This document shows positions 39,600 to 49,450 of a stretch of 64,000 bases of DNA, in pieces (position 1 is the first letter of the stretch; each line of letters opens with the position of its first letter). Source of the DNA: Myxococcota bacterium (GTDB lineage: Bacteria; Myxococcota_A; Polyangia; Nannocystales; Nannocystaceae); assembly GCA_039194325.1 (NCBI GenBank), contig JBCCWC010000011.1, forward strand, positions 32,001 to 96,000. Direction: 5' to 3'. The notes below the pieces were generated by a model that saw only the letters and a program-made list of their open reading frames with translations, made no database searches and was not told the DNA's origin. The translations under genes and the position numbers were made by a program.

Positions 39600-40175
39600 A
39601 TGCCGAGCCGGGTCGGACGGTGGGGGTTTTGGGGAGTGTGGGGGGCCTTGCTCGCCTGCCCGTCCGCCCGCCCTGGGTCGAGTGCGACCCAGGCGTCGAC
39701 CGGCTCGGATCCGCCGACCACCAGGTCGACCACCGGCTCCATGTCGGACCCTACGTCGGCCACGGCGGGACTCGATTCGAGCACCCGGGGTCCGAGCACC
39801 TCGAGCAGCATGGGTGAGACGACCGGCTCGACCAGCTCGATCGGGGTCTCCATCTCGACGACCGAGGGCACCGGGAGCTCGACCTCGACGGCCGGGGATC
39901 CCGGCCCCACCGCGGCCTGTGTGGATGGATGTAGCGTCGAGTTCGCCTGCACCGACGACTGGCGCTCCGAGTCGGCGTGCGTGGACGCGTGCGAGGCCAA
40001 CCTCGTCAAGGCGGCCGAGTTCGAGCGAGCCTGCGCCGCGGCCTGGGAGGATCTACACGCCTGCCTCGGCACCCTGACCTGCCAGCAGCTGGCCCAGTGG
40101 ATGCGACCGATGCGCTTCCCCTATCCGTGTCTGTCCGAGGACGAGGTGTTGATGTTCGAGTGCGCCGGCCAATAG
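39600..40175 (+). CDS. Hypothetical lipoprotein with Ser/Thr linker and Cys-rich helical domain
   Basis: Lipobox ALLAC; CxxxC repeats. Confidence 0.65.
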   Translation: MPSRVGRWGFWGVWGALLACPSARPGSSATQASTGSDPPTTRSTTGSMSDPTSATAGLDSSTRGPSTSSSMGETTGSTSSIGVSISTTEGTGSSTSTAGDPGPTAACVDGCSVEFACTDDWRSESACVDACEANLVKAAEFERACAAAWEDLHACLGTLTCQQLAQWMRPMRFPYPCLSEDEVLMFECAGQ

Positions 40176-40254
40176 CGCGGACCAGTCGTATGAACCGGCC
40201 GCGTGAACCGGTCGAGGACCATGCCGCGAATCAGTCGCGCAAGGGCCCGCGGCT

Positions 40255-41211
40255 TCACCCGGCGGGCGGGGCGGCCGTGGTCGAGCCGGCGCCGTAGAAC
40301 ACGAGGTCGGCGGGCGCGTCGGGGATCGGAATGAGTGTGGTGGAGACGTTGGCGCCGTCAAACTCGATCTCGAACAGCTCTCCGTAGCGGGCGAACCCGT
40401 AGGCCGACCCGGCCCAGAAGGCCAGCCCGTAGACCTCGTCGTAGGGCAGGGGGCCGTAGTTGTGCAGCACGGTACCGTCGGCGGGATCGATCTCGATGAT
40501 GCAGTCGGTCGTGTTGCAGCCGGGCCCGCGGACGGTCAGCCAGCTGCCGCCGCCGATCACCGAGACCAGATCTCCGCTCGATTGCAGGCCGTCGCTGAGC
40601 GTGCCCAGCGAGGTGATCTCTCCGTTGTCGGGGTCGATCCGGATGTACTCCTCGTCTACGAAGCCCACCAGCGCCTCCCGCACTGGATCCACGGTGCCCA
40701 CGGGGACGAACGACAGCGAGGTGGGATAGCTACCCGTTGCGATTATCGTGCATTCGGCCGTCGTACGATCGATCGCCCACAGCGAGCCGAAGGCGGTGCC
40801 GTACATCCGCGAGTCGGCATCCAGCGCGATGTCGATGATCGACGCGGTGCACCCCACGAAGGGACCGACGAGCACAACCTCCTTGGTGTCCGGATCCATG
40901 CGGTACAGATCGCCGCCGCTGTGCCCGAAGACCTCTGCCTCGCCGAAGACCGGCCCGTCCGTGTCCGATCCCACGTCGAGCTTGATCCCCATGTCGTCCC
41001 CGTCGTCGCTCGTCGAGCTGCCGGCGGGCGCTGTCGTCGCGGGATCCGAGTCCGGGTCCGAGTCGGAGTTCGATCCGGTCGAGCTCTCCATCATCGCTGG
41101 GGGATCTCCGGAGGCCGTAGGGTCGCCGAAGGTCTGGGCTGAGGTCTGTTCATCGGACGGCACCGTACAGGCGACGCCCGCGATCAACGCGGTTGCGATC
41201 CACGATCTCAT
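40255..41211 (-). CDS. Hypothetical lipoprotein, probable beta-propeller
   Basis: Lipobox AGVAC, acidic linker, KLDVG, repeated IDIALD / LWAID / IEID blades, C-terminal YGAGSTT. Confidence 0.75.
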   Translation of the reverse strand: MRSWIATALIAGVACTVPSDEQTSAQTFGDPTASGDPPAMMESSTGSNSDSDPDSDPATTAPAGSSTSDDGDDMGIKLDVGSDTDGPVFGEAEVFGHSGGDLYRMDPDTKEVVLVGPFVGCTASIIDIALDADSRMYGTAFGSLWAIDRTTAECTIIATGSYPTSLSFVPVGTVDPVREALVGFVDEEYIRIDPDNGEITSLGTLSDGLQSSGDLVSVIGGGSWLTVRGPGCNTTDCIIEIDPADGTVLHNYGPLPYDEVYGLAFWAGSAYGFARYGELFEIEFDGANVSTTLIPIPDAPADLVFYGAGSTTAAPPAG

Positions 41212-41657
41212 CGTCGTTGGGGCGAGCCGGGTGAAACTCGCACGCCGATGGTCTCATCGGTCGCGGTGGCTGTCAGCCTCGGGGAATACGCTACACGGCC
41301 CCCCGATCACCGCCTTGTTTGCTCGGAGCACGGCGTTCGTGGCTCTTTGACCGTATGTCGTCGTGGGCAAACCGACACCGGGTCTGTCGAAGAGATCGCC
41401 GGTCAACATCACAGCGCCGCATCGTCGAGTTGACGGCACGTCGTCGTCACGTGTTCGTGGAGCCAATGCCCGCGAGCCGCTCGGTGCGGCGGTGATCTCG
41501 CGGCGCTGTCCTCCTCGCGCCCATACGACGACGGCCGACCCCATGGGGGTCGGCCGGTCCGGATCACGGGTGGTGGGCACGGGGCCCGCGGGTCGCCTAC
41601 GCCTCCGCGGGTCGCCTACGCCTCCGCGGTTACCTATTCCCCCGCCTAAGCCCCCGC

Positions 41658-43421
41658 CTACGCATAGAACGCTTCGATCGCGTCCGCGTACTTCGTGTTC
41701 ACGATCTTGCGCTTGACCTTCATGGTGGGCGTGAGCTCGCCGCCCTCGATGCTGAGATCGGCCGGGAGGATCTTGATCTTCTTGATCGTCTGCACCCGGG
41801 CCAGATCCTTGTTGACCTCGTTGACCTGGTGCATCAGCCACTGGTGGACCTTCTCGTCGTCGGCGGCGTCGGCCATCGTCTTGGCCGAGCTGCCCGACTC
41901 GCGCAGCGCCTCGCCAAGCTTGGTCTCGTCGATCGTCAGCAGGGCCGACAGGTGCTTGCGGCGATCCCCCACGACCACCGCCTGGCTGACCACGGAGATC
42001 CCCTTGAGCTTGCCCTCGATCACCTGGGGCGCGATGTTCTCGCCCCCCGCGGTGATGATGAGATCCTTCTTGCGATCGGTGATCTTGAGAAAGCCCCCCT
42101 CGACCTTGCCGATGTCGCCCGAGTGTAGCCAGCCGTCCTCGTCGATCGCCTCAGAGGTGGCGGCTTCGTTCTTGAAGTAGCCCTTGAACACGTGGCGGCC
42201 TCGCATGCAGATCTCGCCGTCTTCGGCGATCTTCAGCTCGGTGCCGGTCAGCTTTTGGCCCACCCAGCCGGTGCGGTACCGGTCGGGCATCGAGGTCGAC
42301 GCGGGCCCGGTGCACTCGGACATCCCGTAGACCTCCATGATGGGGATCCCCAGGCTGAGGAAGAACTCAAGGGTCGACTTGGAGATCGGCGCGGCCGAGG
42401 TGATGCAGATCCGCGCCTGGTCCAGCCCCAGTGCATCGCGGACCTTGGCGAACACCAGCTTGTTGGCCAGCCCCCAAAACAGCGGGAGGGGCTTGTCGTC
42501 TTGCATGGCGTAGCCGCCCTTGAGGCCCACGTCCCGGGCCCAGGCGGCGATCTTCTTCTTGAGCCCGCTATTGTTGGCCGCGGTCGCCTGCATCTTGGCC
42601 TGGATCTTCTCCCACACGCGGGGCACGGCGAGGAACACCGTGGGTCGGACCTCCTTGAGGTTGTCGCCGAGCGCCTCGATGCTCTCGGCAAAGAAGGTGC
42701 ATGCCCCGCACACGACCGGCCCGTGGAGCGACACGATCTGCTCGGCGATGTGCGACAGGGGCAGGTAGCTGATCATGCGATCGCCGTCCTGCATGCCCAG
42801 CTCGTCGAGCGCGGCCTTGGCGGTCCAGGTGATGTTGTCGTGCGAGATCATCACCGCCTTGGGATCGCCGGTGGTGCCCGAGGTGTAGATGTACGTGCAT
42901 ACGTCATCGTGCTTCTGGGCGTCGATGACCGCTTGAAGATCCTCGTCGGACATGTCCTGGCCCAGCGCCATGAAGTCTTTCCACGAGTGGACCTTGGGAT
43001 CGTCGTGGTCGCCCTGCATCATGACGATGGCCAATAGCTCGGGGAGCTGGTCGCGGATCTCCAAGAACTTGGCCAGCTGGGCCTCGTTCTCGACCACCGC
43101 GACCTGGACCTCGGCGTGCTCGGCGATGTAGCGGCACTGGTCGGGGGAGTTGGTGGTGTAGATCCCCGCCGGTCGCCCGCCCGCGTAGATCGCCGCGATG
43201 TCGGCGATCGACCACTCTGGACAGTTGAAGCCGATGATCGACACGCCCTTGCCGGGTTTCAGGCCCAGGGTGACCAGGCTCTTGGCCGCCGCGCGGACCT
43301 GGTCGCGATACTCGGCCCATGTGGTGGTGACCCATTGGCCGTTGCGCTTGACCTTGAGGGCGGGACGGTCAGCGTGCTGCTTGGCGGCCTGCTCGAAGGC
43401 CTCCATCACGGTGGATTTCAT
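41658..43421 (-). CDS. Long-chain fatty acid-CoA ligase (ACSBG/bubblegum-like)
   Basis: IYTSGTTGDPK, YLPLSHIAE, VPRVWEK, YGMSE, GWLHSGDIG, DRKKDLIITAGGEN, ELTPTMKVKR. Confidence 0.95.
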   Translation of the reverse strand: MKSTVMEAFEQAAKQHADRPALKVKRNGQWVTTTWAEYRDQVRAAAKSLVTLGLKPGKGVSIIGFNCPEWSIADIAAIYAGGRPAGIYTTNSPDQCRYIAEHAEVQVAVVENEAQLAKFLEIRDQLPELLAIVMMQGDHDDPKVHSWKDFMALGQDMSDEDLQAVIDAQKHDDVCTYIYTSGTTGDPKAVMISHDNITWTAKAALDELGMQDGDRMISYLPLSHIAEQIVSLHGPVVCGACTFFAESIEALGDNLKEVRPTVFLAVPRVWEKIQAKMQATAANNSGLKKKIAAWARDVGLKGGYAMQDDKPLPLFWGLANKLVFAKVRDALGLDQARICITSAAPISKSTLEFFLSLGIPIMEVYGMSECTGPASTSMPDRYRTGWVGQKLTGTELKIAEDGEICMRGRHVFKGYFKNEAATSEAIDEDGWLHSGDIGKVEGGFLKITDRKKDLIITAGGENIAPQVIEGKLKGISVVSQAVVVGDRRKHLSALLTIDETKLGEALRESGSSAKTMADAADDEKVHQWLMHQVNEVNKDLARVQTIKKIKILPADLSIEGGELTPTMKVKRKIVNTKYADAIEAFYA

Positions 43422-43732
43422 CGTGGTTCTCCTCCATCGCCGTCGGCTCGTGTCGTCGGGGCCCGGCCGCGCGATGGGTGCGGCGGAAGAGGGGACTGGG
43501 CCTCCGAGGTGGCAGACTGTAGCAGGGGTGGGTTACCGGTCGATAAACGCTTGAAAACAATGAGCTTGGGGGCGGAGGCTGACCGTTCGGTCATCAAAAC
43601 CCGCCGGGCCTCGTCGTCCGTCGGGCGCTGGCGCAGTCGTGCGCCCGACCTCCGGGATGACCCCACGGATAGTCGGTGCCCGTGGGCGACCGTGGTGGGC
43701 CGCGGTGCGGCCCGGAGCCGTCTGGCGCGCCG

Positions 43733-45349
43733 TCATTCGAGCCGATGTCCGCCGGCGCCGTCGAGCACGATCTGCCGTTCGAGCCCGATCTCGGCGAGAA
43801 ATTCCCGGTCGTGGCTCGCGACCACCAGCCCCCCCGGCCAGGCCCGGAGCACCCGACGCAGCGCGGCCCCGCCGGTGAAATCCAGGCTGTAGGTCGGCTC
43901 GTCGAGGACGAGCAGCTCGATCGAGGGGGCTTGTTGGAACAGGCACAGCAGCGCCGCGCGCACCCGCTCTCCCGGGCTGAGCGAGTCCAGGGGGCGCTCG
44001 GCCAGCGCGAGCGGGAACCGGTGCGCCAGCAGTCGCTGCGCCAGCGTCTCCAGCGAGGGGCGCTCGGACAGGGTCGCCAGGCGTTGCAGCAGGCTGTCGC
44101 TCGAGATCCAGTCGGTCGCGCCCTGGGCGATCGAGCCGATCCGCGAGTGGTCCCGGGTGGCGCGGCCGAAGGTGGGCTCGCGCTGTCCCAGCATCAACTC
44201 GAGCAGCGTCGTCTTGCCCGTGGCGTTGCCGCCCAAGACCGCCAGACGCTGGCGCCCCACTCGGGTACTGAGCCCGTCGAACAGCGATCGTTCGCCCACG
44301 CGTACCCCTACGTCCTCGAGGACCACCAGGTCGTGTCCCTTGTCGGGTGGTAGCGTCGGGACGACTACGTGCAGCGGGAGGTTGACCGCCAGGGCCCGGC
44401 GGGTGGCGCGGGCCCACTCGCGCACGGCACCGATCCGGGCCTGTCGGATCTTGGCCGCCTTGCCCTGGCTCTTTTGCGCGTAGCTGCGCTTTTCGTTGAG
44501 CCGCGCCCGCGAGGTGCAACGCCGCAGCTCGTGCAGCCGGCCCACGTTCTTCTTGCGTTGCCGTCGCTGACATACGGTCGCGTGGTGGTGTTCTTGCTGG
44601 GCGAGGGTGTTCAGGTTCTTGACGTACTGCCGCTGGCGATCGGCGTCTTCTTGCTCGAGCCGGCGCTCCACTGCATCGAACGATCCGGGCAAGGTGCGGC
44701 ACCCAGACTCGGCCACCAGGACGAAGTGCTCGAAGCAGCGCAGCACGCGGCGCACGTGAGAGACGACGAGCAGCCCGTGGGGCCAGGTCGGCAGCCAGCG
44801 GAGCAGCCAGGTGATCCCCGCTTCGTCGAGATCCTGGGTGGGCTCGTCGAGCAGCAGCAGCCGCGGTTGCTCGAGCTTAGCGTCGAGCAGGTGCAGCTTG
44901 CGAGCCTCGCCGCGGCTGAAGCCGGCGGCACAGGCCAGGGTGGCGACCGAGCGCAGGCCGGCCTCGTGAAGCTCGCGGGCCAGCGTTTGCGCGAAGATCG
45001 GGTCGGTGTCTTGGCGACGGCGCCAGCGCTGGAGCTGGCGTCGGGCCACCGCGGGGCTCGGCTCCTGACGCACCCAGACCGGGTTGACGTTGAGGTGCAC
45101 GCTCCCTCGCTGGGGGCGAGCGTGGCCCGCCAAGAGCCCCAAGATGGTGGACTTGCCGACCCCGTTGCGACCGAAGAGCGCCACCCGATCGTGGCCCAGG
45201 CTGATGTCGAGATCGGCGAACAGCGGCCGGCCCTCGGGGGTGCTCACGTAAAGGCCGCGGGCCTCCAGCAGGGGGCGGTCGGCCGGTGCAGGCGGTACGG
45301 ACGGTGCGGACGGTGCGGACGATGATCGGGGGTCGAGAGTCGCATTCAT
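43733..45349 (-). CDS. ABC-F family ATPase (two ABC domains, no TM), ribosome-protection-like
   Basis: GRNGVGKST / FSRGE / LLDEPTQDLD / VSH and GGNATGKTT / LSPGE / LDEPTYSLD / ASHDREFL, joined by a basic helical linker; ATGA overlap with the hflX stop. Confidence 0.88.
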   Translation of the reverse strand: MNATLDPRSSSAPSAPSVPPAPADRPLLEARGLYVSTPEGRPLFADLDISLGHDRVALFGRNGVGKSTILGLLAGHARPQRGSVHLNVNPVWVRQEPSPAVARRQLQRWRRRQDTDPIFAQTLARELHEAGLRSVATLACAAGFSRGEARKLHLLDAKLEQPRLLLLDEPTQDLDEAGITWLLRWLPTWPHGLLVVSHVRRVLRCFEHFVLVAESGCRTLPGSFDAVERRLEQEDADRQRQYVKNLNTLAQQEHHHATVCQRRQRKKNVGRLHELRRCTSRARLNEKRSYAQKSQGKAAKIRQARIGAVREWARATRRALAVNLPLHVVVPTLPPDKGHDLVVLEDVGVRVGERSLFDGLSTRVGRQRLAVLGGNATGKTTLLELMLGQREPTFGRATRDHSRIGSIAQGATDWISSDSLLQRLATLSERPSLETLAQRLLAHRFPLALAERPLDSLSPGERVRAALLCLFQQAPSIELLVLDEPTYSLDFTGGAALRRVLRAWPGGLVVASHDREFLAEIGLERQIVLDGAGGHRLE

Positions 45350-46740
45350 GATCGGATCTCCGTGGCCGCGCGCTCGATGCGTGCGATGAGGTGGGGTCGG
45401 CCCTCTAGCGTCAACATCAGGCCAGACTCGGTGGCCTCGGCCTTCACTACTCGGCACGTGGCGTAGGCTCGCTGGATCACCTCGGTGGCCTCGTAGGGGA
45501 CCAGGACCCGGGTGCTCCGGTGATCGCCGCGGGCTGCTCGGACCAGTGCGTTCCGGAGTTGGGCGACCGCGTCGGGATCGTGGCTGCTCAGGGCCATGGA
45601 TGTGGCGATGGAGCTGATGGAGTCGTGGGCGGGGTCGAGCGCACTCCATGGCTCGGCGGTTGGCGTCGTGACCCGGTCCATCTTGTTGAACACGTAGAAG
45701 CGCGGGATCTTGTCCGCGCCGAGCCGGTGTAGCTGCGCTTCGGTGGTCTGCTGGTGCATGGGCCATTCGGGATCGGACGCGTCGATCACCACCACCACCA
45801 AGGTGGCCTCACAGATCTCCGCGAGGGTGGACTCGAAGCTGTCCAATAGGCGTGAGGGCAGGCGGCGGATGAAGCCCACCGTGTCGCTTATCACCACGTC
45901 GCCGCCGTGGCGGGTCAGGCAGCGCGAGGTGGTGTCGAGGGTCTCGAAGGGCCGGTCCTGCGCCGACAGGTCCGCGTTCGTCAGCGCGTTCATCAGCGAG
46001 GTCTTGCCCGCGTTGGTGTAGCCCACCAGCACGATCCGCGCGCAGCCGTCCCGGCCCTTGCGCTGGGTTTGGCCCGCGCGCTCGAGCCGGGCGAACGCCT
46101 TGCGCAGCTCGGCGAGGCGCCCGTCGAGGCGCCGGGCCAGCAGCTCCGAGGCGGTCTCCCCCGGTCCGCGGGCGCGCATGATGCCGCCCGCTTGTTGATC
46201 CATCTGCAAGCCCAGGCCGCGGATCCGCGGGCGGAGGTACTCCAGGTGGGCGATCTCCACCTGGATCCGCGCCTTGCGGGTCTTGGCGTGGCGCTCGAAG
46301 ACGTTGAGGATCACCGCCTCGCGATCGGCGATCGAAAACCCGGTGATGTCCTCGATGTTGCGGGTCTGCGAGGGGCTGAGCTCGGCGTCGACGACCAGCA
46401 GATCCGCGCCGTACTCGGTGGCCCGGGCTGCTATCTGTTCGAAGGCGCCGCGACCGAGGAAGGTGCGGGGGTCGGGACGCGAGCGCGTCAGCGTCTGCCA
46501 GCCGACGACCTCGTCTCCCTGGGCGCGTACGAGCCCCAGGATCTCGGCGAGCTGGGCCTCGGTGTGCGTCGAGCCGGACCCGGCGCCCACTGACACCACA
46601 TAGCAGGCGTTGGGGTCACCGGGCCGCTTGGTGGGGCGGGTGTGGTGCCGGGCCCAGTGGTCGACCAGATGCTCCCAGCGGCCATCGTCGGCCAGAGGGA
46701 CTTGTTCGTGTTCGGCGATCGGTTTCGAATGGAATTTCAC
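45346..46740 (-). CDS. hflX: Ribosome-splitting GTPase HflX
   Basis: ELSPSQTRN, DREAVILNVF, GPGET, G1 VGYTNAGKTS, FETLDTT, DTVGFI, NKMD; GTG 46740 preceded by AGGA. Confidence 0.92.
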   Translation of the reverse strand: MKFHSKPIAEHEQVPLADDGRWEHLVDHWARHHTRPTKRPGDPNACYVVSVGAGSGSTHTEAQLAEILGLVRAQGDEVVGWQTLTRSRPDPRTFLGRGAFEQIAARATEYGADLLVVDAELSPSQTRNIEDITGFSIADREAVILNVFERHAKTRKARIQVEIAHLEYLRPRIRGLGLQMDQQAGGIMRARGPGETASELLARRLDGRLAELRKAFARLERAGQTQRKGRDGCARIVLVGYTNAGKTSLMNALTNADLSAQDRPFETLDTTSRCLTRHGGDVVISDTVGFIRRLPSRLLDSFESTLAEICEATLVVVVIDASDPEWPMHQQTTEAQLHRLGADKIPRFYVFNKMDRVTTPTAEPWSALDPAHDSISSIATSMALSSHDPDAVAQLRNALVRAARGDHRSTRVLVPYEATEVIQRAYATCRVVKAEATESGLMLTLEGRPHLIARIERAATEIRS

Positions 46741-46964
46741 GGAGGGTCCTGTCGCGGGATCCCCATCGGCTCGCATAGCCCATGCGTAGGGGCGATGCGC
46801 GCGATGAGAGGTTCGTCGTCCGGGCCTCGACGAGCGGAACGCCTCGGAATTACGGGCGATCTCGCGGTGGTCGAGACAGTCGAGTCCTGGCCAGCATCAA
46901 GTCTGAACAGGGGGGCTCGAGGGCAGGGACTAGACGAAGTGCGACAGGATCATGACGGGCCTCC
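46741..46964 (-). promoter_or_regulatory. Putative translational attenuator of hflX-ABC-F
   Basis: In the mRNA, leader UCCUGUCGC (46941-46949) is perfectly complementary to GCGACAGGA (46747-46755, contains the hflX SD), and the leader SD GGAGG (46960-46964) is complementary to CCUCC (46741-46745) next to the GUG. Confidence 0.6.
46930..46953 (-). CDS. Putative leader peptide MILSHFV upstream of hflX
   Basis: Minus strand reads GGAGG-cccgtc-ATG ATC CTG TCG CAC TTC GTC TAG: canonical SD 6 nt before the ATG. Confidence 0.65.
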   Translation of the reverse strand: MILSHFV

Positions 46965-47111
46965 AGCTAGAGGGCACGTTGCTGGTTTGGGCAAGGTAGC
47001 CTGCCTGTCGGGGATCGGCAAGGACGAGATTGCGGGTCGGCGAATCCTCGGGCAGGTCTCGCCGGTGGACTACGCGATTGCCGCTGGGCATGGTCCGGGG
47101 CGAGCGCCGGG

Positions 47112-49256
47112 TTACTGCCCGTGCGTGATCATGTAGCCCATCAGGCTGTTGGTATCGGCGTAGCTCGGATCGTTCTCAGGTGTGTCCAAGTCTTGCCAGT
47201 CGAAGTCGGTGATCCACATGCGGCCGGTGCCGAGGTCGCGGTAGGCGATCGAGACGGTCGCGTTGTTCCAGCCCACCAGCGGGGTGATGCCGGGATACGC
47301 CGACACATCGCGCCCGCATCCGGAATCACCGAGCGGGATCGGGTTGAAGGGATTGTCGAGCCAGAATGCGTCGCCGGCGTTGTACTGGAACACGATCGGC
47401 GCGCGATCTAGGCATGAGCCGATCATCGCGCCTTGCGCGACGTTCTGGAACAAGTCGCTGAAGACCTCGTCGGACGACAATGCCTCGGTCAGCACGATCC
47501 CCCCGCCGCTGACGTAGGCGCTGATCTCAGCGGCATTATAGAGGTTGATGCCCGATCGAGTGATTAGGATCGCCTGCGTGTCCATATCGGGGGTGCAGCC
47601 GATCACGAGGTTGAGGCCGGACATCGCCGGGAAAAATGAAGTGACGTCGCGTTGTGAGCCTCCACAGAGTAGTACGTTCAGTTGAACTTCGTTCATACAC
47701 TGGTCGTCGCAGCCGTCACCGTTCATCCCGTTGCCGTCGTCGCATTGCTCGCCGGCGCTCGTGTTGACGATTCCATCTCCGCACATGCTCAGCGTGCAGT
47801 TATCGTTACAGGCTGCTGTTTCGATGCCGTCGTCGCACTCTTCTACGGGGCTGTTGATCGCGCCATCGCCACAGTTGTCACAGACTTCGGGGCAGATCGT
47901 AAAGGCGGCGTCGCCGCAGCCTTCATCCCAGTGCATGCTACAGCACGCGGGATTCGTAGCGCAGATGTCGGCGGTACAAACGTCGTTGTCGCAGCCCGGG
48001 GTGCCGTTGTCGCCGCAACAGTCACCGCCATAGTTGATGCATCCGCTCGTATCGAAGGCCAGGCAATTGGGCTGGCACCCCAACGTGCCGGTGTCGAAAC
48101 CTTGAGCGTCACAATCTTGGCCCATGAGATCGGCACCATCACAGACCTCCACGGGGCTGTTGATCATCCCATCGCCACAGTTGTCACAGACGATAGGACA
48201 CTCACTGAATGCCAGGTCGGCACAATCCTGATTCCATGTTGCACCGCAACATGAAGGATCGGCAGCACACACCGCGTTGGTGCAGGCGGAGTCGTCACAG
48301 CCGGGCGTGCCGTTGGGCGCGCAGCAGCCACTACTATAGTTACCGCAGTTGGAGGTGTCGTAGTCCGAGCAATCGGCTAGGCAGCTCAGCGTCCCGTAGT
48401 CGAAACCCTGGGTCACGCAATCCGCCTTGCCCAGGTCGTTGCCATCGCAGATCTCGGGGCCTTCGGCCATGTCGTCGCCGCAGTCATGACAGCCCGAGAC
48501 GTCGAATGCCGAGCAATCGGCGAGGCAGGCCAGCGTCCCGCCGTCGAGGCCCTGAGTCACGCAATCTTCGCCCAGGAGATCCAGACCGTCGCACTGTTCG
48601 GTGGCCATGATATTGGTGATGCCATCACCACAGATGGCCATCGTGCAGTCTTCGTCACAGGTCATCGATTCGCCCATGTCGTCGCACTCTTCGTTGGCGC
48701 TCGTGTTGGTGATGCCGTCGCCGCAGAAGGCCGATGTACAGTCGGTGTTGCAGGTCATCGACTCGCCCTGGTCATCGCACTCCTCGCCCGCAGCCGTGTT
48801 GATGGTGCCGTCCCGGCAGTTGACGTTGGTGCAGTCGATGTCGCAGGCTTCGGTGCGCTTCCCTCCGGCGTCACATTGCTCGCCGGCTGCCTGATTGAGC
48901 AGTCCATCGCCGCACTCGGCAGGTGTGCAGTCGGCGTCGCAGTCTTCGGACTTCCCGCCGTCGTCGCACTCCTCTCCAGGCTCTACGATTCCGTTGCCGC
49001 ACTCGGGGACAATCGGGCCGGTGTCCGTCGTGCCTGTCTCCGTCGTGCTTGTCTTCATCGAGCCGGTCGCCATCTCGGTGTCGACCTCGCTCGATGAGCT
49101 GGAATCAAGTGGAACCGACCCGATGGTGGTCTCGGAGCTCCCCGTCTCGCTCGTCGGCGCGTAGTTCCCTGGGTCGGGCGGTCCGAGCCGACACGCGGAC
49201 AGTGGCAGTACGAGCAGCCCCAGAGCAGCACCGAAGGAGCGTTTCGTCGACATCAT
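47112..49256 (-). CDS. Cys-rich repeat lipoprotein (Myxococcus Cys-rich / DUF4215-like repeats), paralogue B
   Basis: Lipobox PLSAC; many CGDG....GE.CDD repeats; CC...GTPGC modules; about 180-aa globular C-terminal domain. Confidence 0.85.
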   Translation of the reverse strand: MMSTKRSFGAALGLLVLPLSACRLGPPDPGNYAPTSETGSSETTIGSVPLDSSSSSEVDTEMATGSMKTSTTETGTTDTGPIVPECGNGIVEPGEECDDGGKSEDCDADCTPAECGDGLLNQAAGEQCDAGGKRTEACDIDCTNVNCRDGTINTAAGEECDDQGESMTCNTDCTSAFCGDGITNTSANEECDDMGESMTCDEDCTMAICGDGITNIMATEQCDGLDLLGEDCVTQGLDGGTLACLADCSAFDVSGCHDCGDDMAEGPEICDGNDLGKADCVTQGFDYGTLSCLADCSDYDTSNCGNYSSGCCAPNGTPGCDDSACTNAVCAADPSCCGATWNQDCADLAFSECPIVCDNCGDGMINSPVEVCDGADLMGQDCDAQGFDTGTLGCQPNCLAFDTSGCINYGGDCCGDNGTPGCDNDVCTADICATNPACCSMHWDEGCGDAAFTICPEVCDNCGDGAINSPVEECDDGIETAACNDNCTLSMCGDGIVNTSAGEQCDDGNGMNGDGCDDQCMNEVQLNVLLCGGSQRDVTSFFPAMSGLNLVIGCTPDMDTQAILITRSGINLYNAAEISAYVSGGGIVLTEALSSDEVFSDLFQNVAQGAMIGSCLDRAPIVFQYNAGDAFWLDNPFNPIPLGDSGCGRDVSAYPGITPLVGWNNATVSIAYRDLGTGRMWITDFDWQDLDTPENDPSYADTNSLMGYMITHGQ

Positions 49257-49450
49257 CACTGGCGATGCTAGACCGAGTGCCATGCTCCTTGAGGCCCGAA
49301 CTCCAGCGCAAACGGGTCATCGATGGGGGTTTTTTGATCCTAGATCCCACACGGCACTCAGGTTCGGATCTTTGGCGTCATCGTTCATGAACGAGGCCGC
49401 ATCGAGCCTCGCGCTGCACCTTGCGGGGTGATGCGGGGTGATGCGCGAGG

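Noticed and set aside
39526..39600. Fluoride riboswitch upstream of crcB
   Set aside because: No match to the GGCGAUGG...GCC / UGAUG-type consensus on the minus strand, and the intergenic space is very short
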